Part shown: positions 8,736 through 18,156 of the stretch, in pieces
Numbering within the stretch: the stretch's first letter is position 1
How the letters are laid out: each line of letters starts with the position of its first letter
IMG/VR virus record: IMGVR_UViG_3300027804_003127
Reading direction: 5' to 3' (one strand)
Length of the DNA: 64,000 bases
From: a virus
The notes under the pieces: generated by a model
Databases searched by the model: none
Told to the model about the DNA's origin: nothing
Seen by the model: only the letters and a program-made list of their open reading frames with translations
Translations under genes and position numbers: made by a program

Positions 8736-10172
8736 ATGGCAAGAATAATAAAAAAAGCAAGCGGTGAAAATAAGCTTAAATTAACGTCAGAAGAATGGGC
8801 AATTCAAGGTCTTGCTAATGGTTGGATTGGTGACAGTCATATGAAAGCAATGTCCAAATTTGCTCAAGAAGAAATAAGTGACAATCAAGAATTTATAAAT
8901 ACTATTGATAATATTGACAGTCAAATAAAAATTGCCGAATCTGCATATGAAGAAAACTTACTAGCCAAATTTTCTCAAAGATCACCAGCACCAGCAACAA
9001 GGGGGTCAAGAACTCCAGCGCAAATAGCTGCGACTGAAAGAATGCAAGCAGCAAATCGTGCACGAAATGCTGCAAAGCAAATAGCTGTCTCAGGTCAAGC
9101 TTCTTCAGTTCCGCTTGCAGACACTTCTACTGTTAGATTAACACCTAAGTCTTTACTAAATCAATTTGGAACATTACCAGCTGCAGTCAATCCGTCTGGG
9201 CCAATTGGAGTCAGTCGAAGAAGGGGAGCGGCAGCAGTACCAGCAGCAGTACCAGCAGCAGTACCAGCAGCAGTACCAGCAGCAGTACCAGCAGCAGTAC
9301 CAGCAGCAGCAATGCCTAATGTTATTCCAAGAAGCGGAAACATAACTCCATATGAGATAGCGTCAGATAGTCCTCAATCTACATCTGCAGCGCAGTCAGC
9401 AAGAGCGTCTGCTCCTAGAGCATCTGTTATGGATCAAAGATATGTTGTAAATGATCCTAGAACTGGCAAACAAGTGTACACAACTCCTAACAATTTAATC
9501 AAGAGTTTGGAAAAAAACAGATTTGGAGATGCAGCGAGAGTTAATTTTCAAAGAATAGAAAGTTTGCCACCAGATCAAAAACAGGCTTTTTATAGACAAT
9601 TATCTAAGACAAAAAAAGGGCAGGAAACACTTCGGGCTTTGGGGGAATTTAGAGCAAAAGGAATAGGTGCTCCAAAAGGAGGATTTGTTCAGCGTATAGA
9701 TCCAGCAACTGGAAAACCAATATCTCAGATAGGAGCTTTAGGCCAAAAAATAAAAGGAATGCCAGGACAGGCGGTAGGTGCATTGGGTAAAAAATTTCCA
9801 CAAGGGATGCAAAACGTAAAAAGCGTTGCTGGAGGGCTTAAGCCATCTTTGGGCGTTGGAGGAATGGTTGCAGGACTTGGCGGCGCTGCCCTTGGGGTAG
9901 GGGCCTACCAGTGGCTAAAGAGTAGAGAAGTTAATAATCAGCAGATAAACCCAAAATTTATGGTAGATCCAAATGCTGCACAAAAAGCGTTTATGGCATC
10001 AGCTCAAATAAAAAATTTAAATTCATTAAGAGGAGTGTCGTCCTCTATAGATTCTTCTTTAGATAAATTAAACGCCATGCTTGTGGGTGCTGTTTCAAAA
10101 ATACAACAAGGACAGGCTGGACAGGGCATAATGGCTAGATATCAAGCTCAGCAAAATCAACCAGCAAGATAA
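8736..10172 (+). CDS. Leader-family low-complexity protein with Gly-zipper helix (putative virion internal/ejection protein)
   Basis: Start revised to ATG 8736 (GGAGAGG RBS); KLKLTSEEW..QGL.NGW leader, KFAQ, (PAAV)n, GVGGMVAGLGGAALGVG. Confidence 0.7.
   Translation: MARIIKKASGENKLKLTSEEWAIQGLANGWIGDSHMKAMSKFAQEEISDNQEFINTIDNIDSQIKIAESAYEENLLAKFSQRSPAPATRGSRTPAQIAATERMQAANRARNAAKQIAVSGQASSVPLADTSTVRLTPKSLLNQFGTLPAAVNPSGPIGVSRRRGAAAVPAAVPAAVPAAVPAAVPAAVPAAAMPNVIPRSGNITPYEIASDSPQSTSAAQSARASAPRASVMDQRYVVNDPRTGKQVYTTPNNLIKSLEKNRFGDAARVNFQRIESLPPDQKQAFYRQLSKTKKGQETLRALGEFRAKGIGAPKGGFVQRIDPATGKPISQIGALGQKIKGMPGQAVGALGKKFPQGMQNVKSVAGGLKPSLGVGGMVAGLGGAALGVGAYQWLKSREVNNQQINPKFMVDPNAAQKAFMASAQIKNLNSLRGVSSSIDSSLDKLNAMLVGAVSKIQQGQAGQGIMARYQAQQNQPAR
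9231..9302 (+). repeat. Perfect tandem repeat (GCAGCAGTACCA)x6 encoding (AAVP)6
   Basis: Read directly from the sequence. Confidence 0.95.
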
Positions 10173-10181
10173 GGGTAAAAA

Positions 10182-10733
10182 ATGAATAATAAAAAAATTA
10201 AATACACAAAAAAAGCGTGGGTAGAAGCTGGACTCAAAAAAGGCTATCTTGTCAGAAACGGCAAGGATGGATATGATATAAAAAAAGAAGCGCTTGCCCC
10301 TTTAGTGACTGGAGTTATTGGAGGAGCTTTAGGGATGGCTGGAAACTGGGCTTACGACAAAGCAAGACAAGGAGACTGGTGGCAAAGACTTAAGGGTGGA
10401 TTTGGATTCAGAGGATACGCTGTACCACAAGAAAAGCTAAATCAAATGAAGCAGCAACTTCAGCAAGCTGAAGCTGTTTTCGCAAACATGAGAGGGATAT
10501 CTCCAGAGCTTGATAGAACAATAGAAGAGTTTAAAAATAATACAACTCAAGCAATACAAAGAGCAGAAGCCGAAAACGTACAGCACGGTCAAGGAAATGC
10601 TCAAGCCTATGGTCAGCAAATGATTGACAAGCAAAATCAGCAGGCTCAGAATCAGTCTCAGCCTCAGGCCAATCAGCAGGCAGATAAAAATAACCAACAA
10701 AGCGAATCAAATCAAGGCAGTGAAAATAAATAA
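10182..10733 (+). CDS. Leader-family protein with Gly-zipper helix and Q-rich tail
   Basis: KIKYTKKAWVEAGLKKGY leader, KKEA then LAPLVTGVIGGALGMAG; paralog of 33546..34322. Confidence 0.7.
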   Translation: MNNKKIKYTKKAWVEAGLKKGYLVRNGKDGYDIKKEALAPLVTGVIGGALGMAGNWAYDKARQGDWWQRLKGGFGFRGYAVPQEKLNQMKQQLQQAEAVFANMRGISPELDRTIEEFKNNTTQAIQRAEAENVQHGQGNAQAYGQQMIDKQNQQAQNQSQPQANQQADKNNQQSESNQGSENK

Positions 10734-10741
10734 ATTATATT

Positions 10742-11830
10742 ATGTATGATTATGTAATTGTAGGATCTGGTCTTTTTGGATCTGTTTTTGCTAGAGAGTT
10801 AACAAATTTTGGCAAAAAATGTCTTATTATAGATAAAAGATCGCACATAGGCGGCAATTGTTATACTTATACTGAAGATAGCATACATGTACACGCATAT
10901 GGTCCTCATATTTTTCATACTAGCAGTAAAAGAATTTGGGAATATGTTAATAAATATACAGAATTTAATAATTACATAAACAGACCAAAAGTATCATACA
11001 AAAATAATTTATATTCTTTTCCTATAAATCTATTTACATTATACCAGCTATGGGGAGTCAAGTCTCCAGAAGAAGCTAAATGCAAATTAGAAGAAGTAAA
11101 AGTCAGAAAAGAAACCTGTGAAAATCTAGAAGACTGGATTTTGGCGCAAGTTGGACAAGAAATATATGAAAAGTTTATATATGGATATACAAAAAAGCAG
11201 TGGGGAAAAGAGCCCAGAGATTTACCGTCATCTATTATAAAAAGACTACCCATAAGATTGACAATGGATGACAATTATTTTGAAGATGAATATCAGGGAA
11301 TACCGAAGCTTGGATATACCGATTTGTTTACAAATCTTCTTGCAGACATTGAGCATGAATTGGGAGTTGATTATTTTTCAAACAGAGACAGATTCAACAA
11401 GATGGCAAAAAAAGTTGTGTACACTGGACCTATAGATGAGTTTTTTGAGTATGAGTATGGAGAATTGGAATGGAGAAGTTTAAAGTTTGAGACTAAAAAA
11501 TTAGCTCTGCAATATTTTCAAGGATCTGCCATAACAAACTATACAGAAGAAAATTGTCCTTATACTAGGATAGTAGAGCATAAGCATTTTAATTTTCTAA
11601 AAAATAATTCCACTATAATAACTATGGAATATCCTCAAAAATGGGATAAAAGTAAAGAAAAGTTTTATCCGATTAATGATGAAAAAAATAATGTACTATT
11701 TAAAAAATATCATTCATTAATAGACCACGATAAGTTTATCTTTGGTGGCAGGCTTGCTAACTATAAATACTACGATATGCACCAAGTAATAGGATCTGCC
11801 TTATCTGCTGCTGACAAAGAGACTAAATAG
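10742..11830 (+). CDS. glf: UDP-galactopyranose mutase
   Basis: VGSGLFG FAD motif, HIGGNCY, HAYGPHIFHT, GYTKKQWG, YQGIP, GRLANYKYYDMHQVI. Confidence 0.95.
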   Translation: MYDYVIVGSGLFGSVFARELTNFGKKCLIIDKRSHIGGNCYTYTEDSIHVHAYGPHIFHTSSKRIWEYVNKYTEFNNYINRPKVSYKNNLYSFPINLFTLYQLWGVKSPEEAKCKLEEVKVRKETCENLEDWILAQVGQEIYEKFIYGYTKKQWGKEPRDLPSSIIKRLPIRLTMDDNYFEDEYQGIPKLGYTDLFTNLLADIEHELGVDYFSNRDRFNKMAKKVVYTGPIDEFFEYEYGELEWRSLKFETKKLALQYFQGSAITNYTEENCPYTRIVEHKHFNFLKNNSTIITMEYPQKWDKSKEKFYPINDEKNNVLFKKYHSLIDHDKFIFGGRLANYKYYDMHQVIGSALSAADKETK

Positions 11831-11857
11831 AGGTAATAAAGTTTTACTTTAAGTATA
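11829..11857 (+). promoter_or_regulatory. Putative phage promoter AGAGG-N18-AGTATA
   Basis: Variant of the recurrent motif; 6 nt before ATG 11864, so possibly a leaderless transcript. Confidence 0.4.
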
Positions 11858-11863
11858 AACACT

Positions 11864-12853
11864 ATGCACAAAAACTGGTACAAATTATCTCAATCTTCAT
11901 CTCAATACACTGTAAAAGATAAGGACACCCTTTCTTCTATTGCACAAAATGTATTGGGCAGTTCTTCTAGATGGGTTGAAATCGCTAAACTAAATCCTAA
12001 TATTAATCCAAATCAAATTAAGGCAGGAATGGTTTTAAATATGCCATCTCAGAACGATTCCTTGTCTGCATCTGTACCAGCGAGTACTAGTCAAGGGGCA
12101 CCAGTTAGATCTCAGACTAATCCTAGTAATAATGTTAAAAGTTACATAATACAACAAAACGACACTCTTTCTGGAATAGCTGAAAAAACATTAGGAAGTG
12201 CAGCAAGGTGGAGGGAGATAGCAGCACTAAATCCTGGGTTAGATCCCAAAAATTTAAAAATAGGAACTGAAGTTATAATACCTGATATATCTAAAAAAGA
12301 AGAAACTACGAATGAGACTACTACGGCAATTTCAAGTCCTCTTGATGCTTTGAAAAATGAAATAGCAAAAGGAGAGGGTGGATATAATTCATATAATAGG
12401 GGAAAAGCTGGAGATACTCCAAATCCAGCGATTGATATCACAAAATTAACTGTTGGAGAAGTAATGCAAAGACAAAAGGGAAGTCCAGGAAGACCAAGAG
12501 ACTTTTTTGCTGTCGGTAAATACCAGTTTGTGCCACAAACCCTAGCAGCTGCCGTAAGATTTAAGCGATCTGGAGTAAGCAAAACTGACTTATTTTCTCC
12601 AGAAACGCAAGAAAAGCTTTTCCCATATTTACTATACAAGCAACCTGCTGTTATGAATTACTTAAACGGAACTTCGAATAGTATAGAAGATGCTGTAAAT
12701 GGATTAGCTGCTGAATTTGCATCTTTACCAAATACTTCTGGCGTTGGAAACTATGACAAAAAGGCTGGGAATAAGGGCAAGGGTGGATTGGGCAGGGTCG
12801 AAAAAATCAAAACAATACTTATACAATTAAGAAATTCTGGAATGTTTAAATGA
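11864..12853 (+). CDS. 2x LysM + lysozyme-like muramidase with N-terminal NWYKLSQ tag
   Basis: YTVKDKDTLSSIA..LG...RW.EIA.LNP twice; EGGYNSYN, AVGKYQF, LAAEFASLP. Confidence 0.85.
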   Translation: MHKNWYKLSQSSSQYTVKDKDTLSSIAQNVLGSSSRWVEIAKLNPNINPNQIKAGMVLNMPSQNDSLSASVPASTSQGAPVRSQTNPSNNVKSYIIQQNDTLSGIAEKTLGSAARWREIAALNPGLDPKNLKIGTEVIIPDISKKEETTNETTTAISSPLDALKNEIAKGEGGYNSYNRGKAGDTPNPAIDITKLTVGEVMQRQKGSPGRPRDFFAVGKYQFVPQTLAAAVRFKRSGVSKTDLFSPETQEKLFPYLLYKQPAVMNYLNGTSNSIEDAVNGLAAEFASLPNTSGVGNYDKKAGNKGKGGLGRVEKIKTILIQLRNSGMFK

Positions 12854-13959
12854 AGCATGATATAATTATATCAATGTTGGCTACAAGCAGTAAGCAAAAA
12901 TATGTTGATAGAATAAGTGACTTAGAGCCATATCTGATAGTAAATAGCTTCAAAAATGCCAAAATAGATTTAATTGGAGACAATTGTGATAAACCAAAAG
13001 TTGTACCTGACAGTTACTATTGGTTTAAACCAAAATATGACAAAGTCTATCAAAAATTCTGGTGTTATCTTGATTCTTTAAATATTGAAAATTTACCTAA
13101 ATGGCTAATTCAATGCGATGATGATTGTGCAACGGATGTTGGAAAACTTTATGAGTTATTAAATAGTTATTATGATTATAATGATCCTGTGTGTTTAGAA
13201 GCAACTCAGAATTACGACTTTTCTCACCCATATCACCCTATTGTGAAAAATTTTATGCCCAAATCTATCCATTATACGGCTAATGATTGGCAAAGTTCAA
13301 ACATGATACATCATCACAGCTGGGGATCTCATGTATTCAGTTATGGTATGCTTAGAAAAATGAAAGAATGGAACAGATTTCACGATTGGTGCAACAGCAT
13401 ATATCGTTTGGGTCCATCATTTGGAGATCATTTACCCTCAATGCTCGCTCTATCCTTAAAAGTACCATGCTGTGAGGTAAAATTTATACATTCTTTTTTT
13501 AATATGAATGAATTTACTGGAATAAATGAAAGTGGCCATTATGCGCAAATACATTATGTGCATAGACTTATCCCTGAATGGGGAAAGTTTACTTCACTTA
13601 TTAATAATAAAAAACCAAAAGTAAAAGTAAAAAACGATAACCAGAGGATAGATGAAATACCCAAATTAATTAATAGGCAAACTTTTAAAAAGAAAAAAAT
13701 ATCAATCAGAGCTTATAGTAAAATTAGACCAAGAGAACATCACATAATAGAGTTGCACAATGATGGAAACGCTGAAATAAGTGGAAATATTAATTTGATG
13801 TGGAATTTGTCTAATAACGGAGAAATGTTAGTATTAGATAAAGCAACAAAAAAAAGGATGGCAGAAATAAAGCCTCTAGGCTCTAAAGGTGATTTTATTA
13901 TAAAAATGAATTTACATAATAGTGATTTCAATTTGATATGGAATGGGCAAGAAATATGA
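12850..13959 (+). CDS. Putative GT-A glycosyltransferase (Fringe/GT31-like)
   Basis: K....KWLIQCDDD DxD motif; downstream G.SFGD motif. Confidence 0.5.
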   Translation: MKHDIIISMLATSSKQKYVDRISDLEPYLIVNSFKNAKIDLIGDNCDKPKVVPDSYYWFKPKYDKVYQKFWCYLDSLNIENLPKWLIQCDDDCATDVGKLYELLNSYYDYNDPVCLEATQNYDFSHPYHPIVKNFMPKSIHYTANDWQSSNMIHHHSWGSHVFSYGMLRKMKEWNRFHDWCNSIYRLGPSFGDHLPSMLALSLKVPCCEVKFIHSFFNMNEFTGINESGHYAQIHYVHRLIPEWGKFTSLINNKKPKVKVKNDNQRIDEIPKLINRQTFKKKKISIRAYSKIRPREHHIIELHNDGNAEISGNINLMWNLSNNGEMLVLDKATKKRMAEIKPLGSKGDFIIKMNLHNSDFNLIWNGQEI

Positions 13960-14219
13960 TTATAATAAAGACATCTTCATTTGATGACATAAAAAAACAT
14001 CCCGCTATTGTTCATTATGAAACAACGCAAAATCCTTTAGATAAAAGTAATTGGGAATATGTTGATGAGTATTTCTTAGAATCAAATAATATAGAAGAAG
14101 AAATAAGAAATATTTTAGGAAAACTTTCCAATTCACACAGCATACAAAAAGTAAATGATAATTTATATTACGCTAAAGACTCTAATGAAAAATATGAAAT
14201 ATTCAAGGTAACTATATGA
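13956..14219 (+). CDS. Hypothetical protein (starts MIIIKTSS)
   Basis: ATGA overlap supports a start at 13956. Confidence 0.6.
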   Translation: MIIIKTSSFDDIKKHPAIVHYETTQNPLDKSNWEYVDEYFLESNNIEEEIRNILGKLSNSHSIQKVNDNLYYAKDSNEKYEIFKVTI

Positions 14220-15220
14220 GCGGAAAAATAAGATACTCACATGGCCATGTTGAAATAAATGGAATAACTTTTCCTATGGAAGTTTTGCAAAAAGCTCAAA
14301 GTATTGCAAATAGTAAAAACGAACATGTGGGAATATGGGAAGCGGACAGAATGAGTAATGGATTTATGGGCTTTATAATTATACCAATGAAATATAAGAA
14401 TACTGACAATAAAAAAACATTAATTAGAGGATACACGCCTGCATTAGGGGGGTCTGGAGAAAAAATTCCAGAACCAATCCATATTGTTGAACACGATGAA
14501 GAACACAGCGGAATGGAGATGTTTCCCAGTAAAATATTAAGAGAAAGATCATATACACATGTAGATAGGTTGTCAAATCCTGAATGGGACATGTCTGCTT
14601 TTGCTGAAAATAAAAAAATAATGATGAAAAAAGCAGATTGGATCAATATTGGGATTAAATCTGGATGGATAAAAGATTCAGATATAGCAAAAAATAAATT
14701 ACTTTCGCAAGAAAATTACAAACAAGCTATTCCAGTAGCTCCACTACTTATGATAGCCGTACCTGCGATATTATCTGCAGCTCCTCAAATAATAGAAATG
14801 TTTAGTGGAAATAAAGAAGAGGCCGAAGCTCACGTACAAGAAGCTTTGAAAAATCCTCAAATGATACAACAACAAAATCAGGAAGCAAGTGTGATACAGC
14901 AAAGGATTCAAGGATTAATAAATAACTTACAGATCTATGCTGAAAAGATAATGCTACCATGCGCTAAGATGACTCCTCCAGAAAAATGCTCTGGAAAAGT
15001 TGTAAACGATATTAATATGCTAAAAAACAAAATATCTTCAATAGAGCAAAAATACAACACTTTATCTAAAACAAAAAACGGAGATGTTTGTGCTATATTA
15101 AAAGAAGCTCACGATTTAAACGTGTGCGCCCAAGGCGTTATTCAACTTAATGCTACTTTGTCTAAAGAAATTGAATATCTTCAAAGTGGTAATTTTGATT
15201 TTTCTGGGTACGGAGCATGA
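14216..15220 (+). CDS. Two-part protein: unknown N-domain, then an internal leader-family motif, hydrophobic helix and coiled coil
   Basis: KIMMKKADWINIGIKSGW...YKQA|IPVAPLLMIAVPAILSAA. Confidence 0.65.
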   Translation: MSGKIRYSHGHVEINGITFPMEVLQKAQSIANSKNEHVGIWEADRMSNGFMGFIIIPMKYKNTDNKKTLIRGYTPALGGSGEKIPEPIHIVEHDEEHSGMEMFPSKILRERSYTHVDRLSNPEWDMSAFAENKKIMMKKADWINIGIKSGWIKDSDIAKNKLLSQENYKQAIPVAPLLMIAVPAILSAAPQIIEMFSGNKEEAEAHVQEALKNPQMIQQQNQEASVIQQRIQGLINNLQIYAEKIMLPCAKMTPPEKCSGKVVNDINMLKNKISSIEQKYNTLSKTKNGDVCAILKEAHDLNVCAQGVIQLNATLSKEIEYLQSGNFDFSGYGA

Positions 15221-16714
15221 ATGAAAAAGATCTCAATATCTGAAGCTTTCACCAGAGAGCACGAAAAAAATCAGGCCAAAATATTACTCACTCCAGCTTC
15301 TGAGTCGTCTTTGTCTTCAGAAGCATCTTTTATATTACATAAAAATATAATGGAATTACAAAATTATAAATTTTTATTAGACAAGCTATCACCAATAATA
15401 GCAGATGCTAAATTAAAATTTCCTTTTGATTTCGAAAATATCCCTTTAATATACTTACTAACTCATTCAAAAGCTAAAAAATATGCTTTTTATATCTCTA
15501 TAATAAGTGAATCTGGCAGGTCTAAAAAAGACATACCTATATTGTTATTAAAAAGATTTGAAGAAGGAAGCGAGATATCATACAATTATATTGATCTTAC
15601 TAACGGTCAGGTTGTATTCGCACGCGGAGAACTCGCCCAAAGAGTAAAAGATGGATTAAATATACTAAAAAGAAAAAAAGCAGCAGACTTATTTGAAATA
15701 GCAGACAAGGGAAATAAACTTGCCAGAGCGGCAGATGTTATGAGAAACAAGCAACTGATAGGTATAGAACGTGGAGATGTAACCAATCTTATATCTGCTT
15801 TACCTATGTTAGAAAAATCAATAAAACTTATTGATGATAGGATTAAAAAATTTGAAGGCATGGTTAATTTTTTCGAGGAAGAGGCAAAAAAGCGAATAAA
15901 CGAAGATGGCTCTATGAAGCCCAATAGGGCTTTTTATGAAATATATGATAAGTTAGATAAAGAAATTTCTAGTCTATCTAAAAAATTCATAAAATCAGAA
16001 TCAGATGCAGTAAAAGCTTTAGTAACTAGATACAGAGGTTCTCCAGATCAATTAGAAATTGACTTTAAATCTGGAAAATTAAAAAATATACTATCATTTA
16101 ATAAAATAAGTGATGACAATAAGATATTAGATGTCATAACTGTAGCAAAAAAAATATTAAATGTATTCAAAGAATGGGACATTCAAAAAAGACAAGACAA
16201 ACTAAAAAAACAAGAGGAAAGAAAAAATAAATCTAAAGAACCACTCATAATAGATGATTCTGACCCCATATTTCAAGCATTGCCCCCATTAACCATGGAA
16301 GATTTTACCGAAGAAGTACCTGGAAATATAGCAGGCCATCAATCTCAAGAATCTTACCATGCCAGCTTTGTAGCAAAATCGCTCACTATATATCATACTA
16401 AGTTACAGGCATTAAAAACTATGAGAGAAGGCATAAGTATGATACATAATGAATTTATGAGGCAACAAAAATATGGAAAATTAAGCGTTAAAAACTTTAA
16501 TAAAACTGATATAGATAATTTATCAAAAGCGAAAGACGCTTCACTTGCTTTGATCTCTTCATATGAGACTAGTGTTGTTAAAAAAGATGGGACAATAGAT
16601 AAGAGAAAAATAGGATCAGTTTTTGAAGATGCTGTATTTGATTTATTTTTATCAAGGTATATTGCTATAGTTATTAAATATATTATTATGGTATTTAGCA
16701 AGAGTTATTCATGA
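15221..16714 (+). CDS. Hypothetical helical protein
   Basis: 497-aa ORF abutting both neighbours. Confidence 0.7.
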   Translation: MKKISISEAFTREHEKNQAKILLTPASESSLSSEASFILHKNIMELQNYKFLLDKLSPIIADAKLKFPFDFENIPLIYLLTHSKAKKYAFYISIISESGRSKKDIPILLLKRFEEGSEISYNYIDLTNGQVVFARGELAQRVKDGLNILKRKKAADLFEIADKGNKLARAADVMRNKQLIGIERGDVTNLISALPMLEKSIKLIDDRIKKFEGMVNFFEEEAKKRINEDGSMKPNRAFYEIYDKLDKEISSLSKKFIKSESDAVKALVTRYRGSPDQLEIDFKSGKLKNILSFNKISDDNKILDVITVAKKILNVFKEWDIQKRQDKLKKQEERKNKSKEPLIIDDSDPIFQALPPLTMEDFTEEVPGNIAGHQSQESYHASFVAKSLTIYHTKLQALKTMREGISMIHNEFMRQQKYGKLSVKNFNKTDIDNLSKAKDASLALISSYETSVVKKDGTIDKRKIGSVFEDAVFDLFLSRYIAIVIKYIIMVFSKSYS

Positions 16715-17241
16715 TTATAAACTGGTACAAACAAGCACAAGCCGCTGGTGGAGGAGGCCCACCTCCAGCTTCGCCACCTCCTGGACTTCCACCACTTCCT
16801 CCTCCCCCTGGCGTCCCAGGAGCTGGTCCAGGAGCTCCTTTGCCTTCAGAGTCGAGAGTTGGAACAATAAGCGGAGTGCATAAGGGAAGGATTAAGGGTG
16901 GCCACAAGTTTGATAAGGATGTAATAAACTGGCTAGATAAACATTTTAAAGATTTTTATGAAGAATACGGAGAAGACAACGAAACTATTGATGACAAAGA
17001 CCTTGGAGAAAGTCCTAGAATGAGAATAGCAAGGACTAGAACTGTGCAGCTAGCAAAAGCTGCTCCTCCAGAAGGGCTTGGCTTAGACGTAGGTGGCCCA
17101 GAGTGTCTGTCTATTGCTATGAGCATCGACGAAAAATATCCAGATAAAAAACCTCCTTTTGTTAGAGGAATACTTTGCCCAGAAAGCTCTGCTTCAGCAA
17201 GTCCAGCGGGAGGATCTACTCCGCCGCCTCCGATGATGTAA
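16711..17241 (+). CDS. Pro/Gly-rich protein with N-terminal NWYKQAQ tag
   Basis: ATGA overlap; tag followed by a polyproline segment. Confidence 0.7.
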   Translation: MIINWYKQAQAAGGGGPPPASPPPGLPPLPPPPGVPGAGPGAPLPSESRVGTISGVHKGRIKGGHKFDKDVINWLDKHFKDFYEEYGEDNETIDDKDLGESPRMRIARTRTVQLAKAAPPEGLGLDVGGPECLSIAMSIDEKYPDKKPPFVRGILCPESSASASPAGGSTPPPPMM

Positions 17242-17243
17242 AA

Positions 17244-17873
17244 ATGAAAACTTATCCATTCAAATTATCCGAATTTCAGCTTCCGTATGATGTATGTTCT
17301 CCATTGATATCAAAAGAGGCAATGAAAATACATCATCAAAAACATCATAAATTATATATAGATAATCTTAATGAGTTAGTATCAAAAGACGAATTTTTGT
17401 CAGAACTTCCAATAGATGCTTTAATATCAAAAGAAAATTTAGACAAGGTTAGCGAAGATGTTGCTGAAAAAATAAGAAATTTTGGCGGTGGACATTTTAA
17501 TCATATGATTTTCTTTAGCGTACTAAGTAGTAAAAAAAATTCTCCAGGAAAAATGCTAGAAAATTTAGTTAAAAGCAATTTTAGCAACTATGATGATTTT
17601 ATTAACGAATTTAAAGAAAAAGCTAATTCTCATTTTGGATCTGGATGGTGCTGGGCTATCATAGGAAAGTCTGGCTTGGAAATTAAAACAACAAAAAATC
17701 AAGATAATCCTGTAAATTATGAAAAATGTAAACCCATTTTAGGAATAGATTTATGGGAGCATGCATACTACTTAGATCATCAAAATAGAAAAAAAGAATA
17801 CATAGAAGGAATATTCGATCATATAAATTGGAAGCAAGTTGAAAACTATATCTTAGAGGCAGAAAATGGATAA
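17244..17873 (+). CDS. sodA: Fe/Mn superoxide dismutase (Mn-type signatures)
   Basis: HHQKHH, NFGGGHFNH, FGSGW, NQDNP, DLWEHAYY; start revised to ATG 17244. Confidence 0.92.
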   Translation: MKTYPFKLSEFQLPYDVCSPLISKEAMKIHHQKHHKLYIDNLNELVSKDEFLSELPIDALISKENLDKVSEDVAEKIRNFGGGHFNHMIFFSVLSSKKNSPGKMLENLVKSNFSNYDDFINEFKEKANSHFGSGWCWAIIGKSGLEIKTTKNQDNPVNYEKCKPILGIDLWEHAYYLDHQNRKKEYIEGIFDHINWKQVENYILEAENG

Positions 17874-18156
17874 TAAAGATGAAAATTGGTACTTGCGCTC
17901 ACTGCAAAATATAGCTGATAGCGTAGGAAACATTAAACTAAAAAGATCAGATTCTATAAAGAAAATAATGAATGAGTCTTTTGATATAAAAATCAGTTCT
18001 GACCAAAGTAAAAAAATAATATCTATGCTTGATAAAACATTGGAAGAAGATGAAAAGATTTCTTATTTGGAAGATGAATTATCTTCTATATTAGAAAACG
18101 TTGATAACTTTACTATTAAAAAGATATCTAATTATTTGTATAATTATACAAATTAA
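17866..18156 (+). CDS. Hypothetical protein
   Basis: GAGG RBS; contains ENWYLRS, a possible tag variant. Confidence 0.6.
   Translation: MDNKDENWYLRSLQNIADSVGNIKLKRSDSIKKIMNESFDIKISSDQSKKIISMLDKTLEEDEKISYLEDELSSILENVDNFTIKKISNYLYNYTN

Noticed and set aside
1977-16740. ACTGGTAYAA as a DNA-binding site rather than a peptide motif
   Set aside because: It is always in the same reading frame with synonymous variation and was not seen in intergenic DNA.
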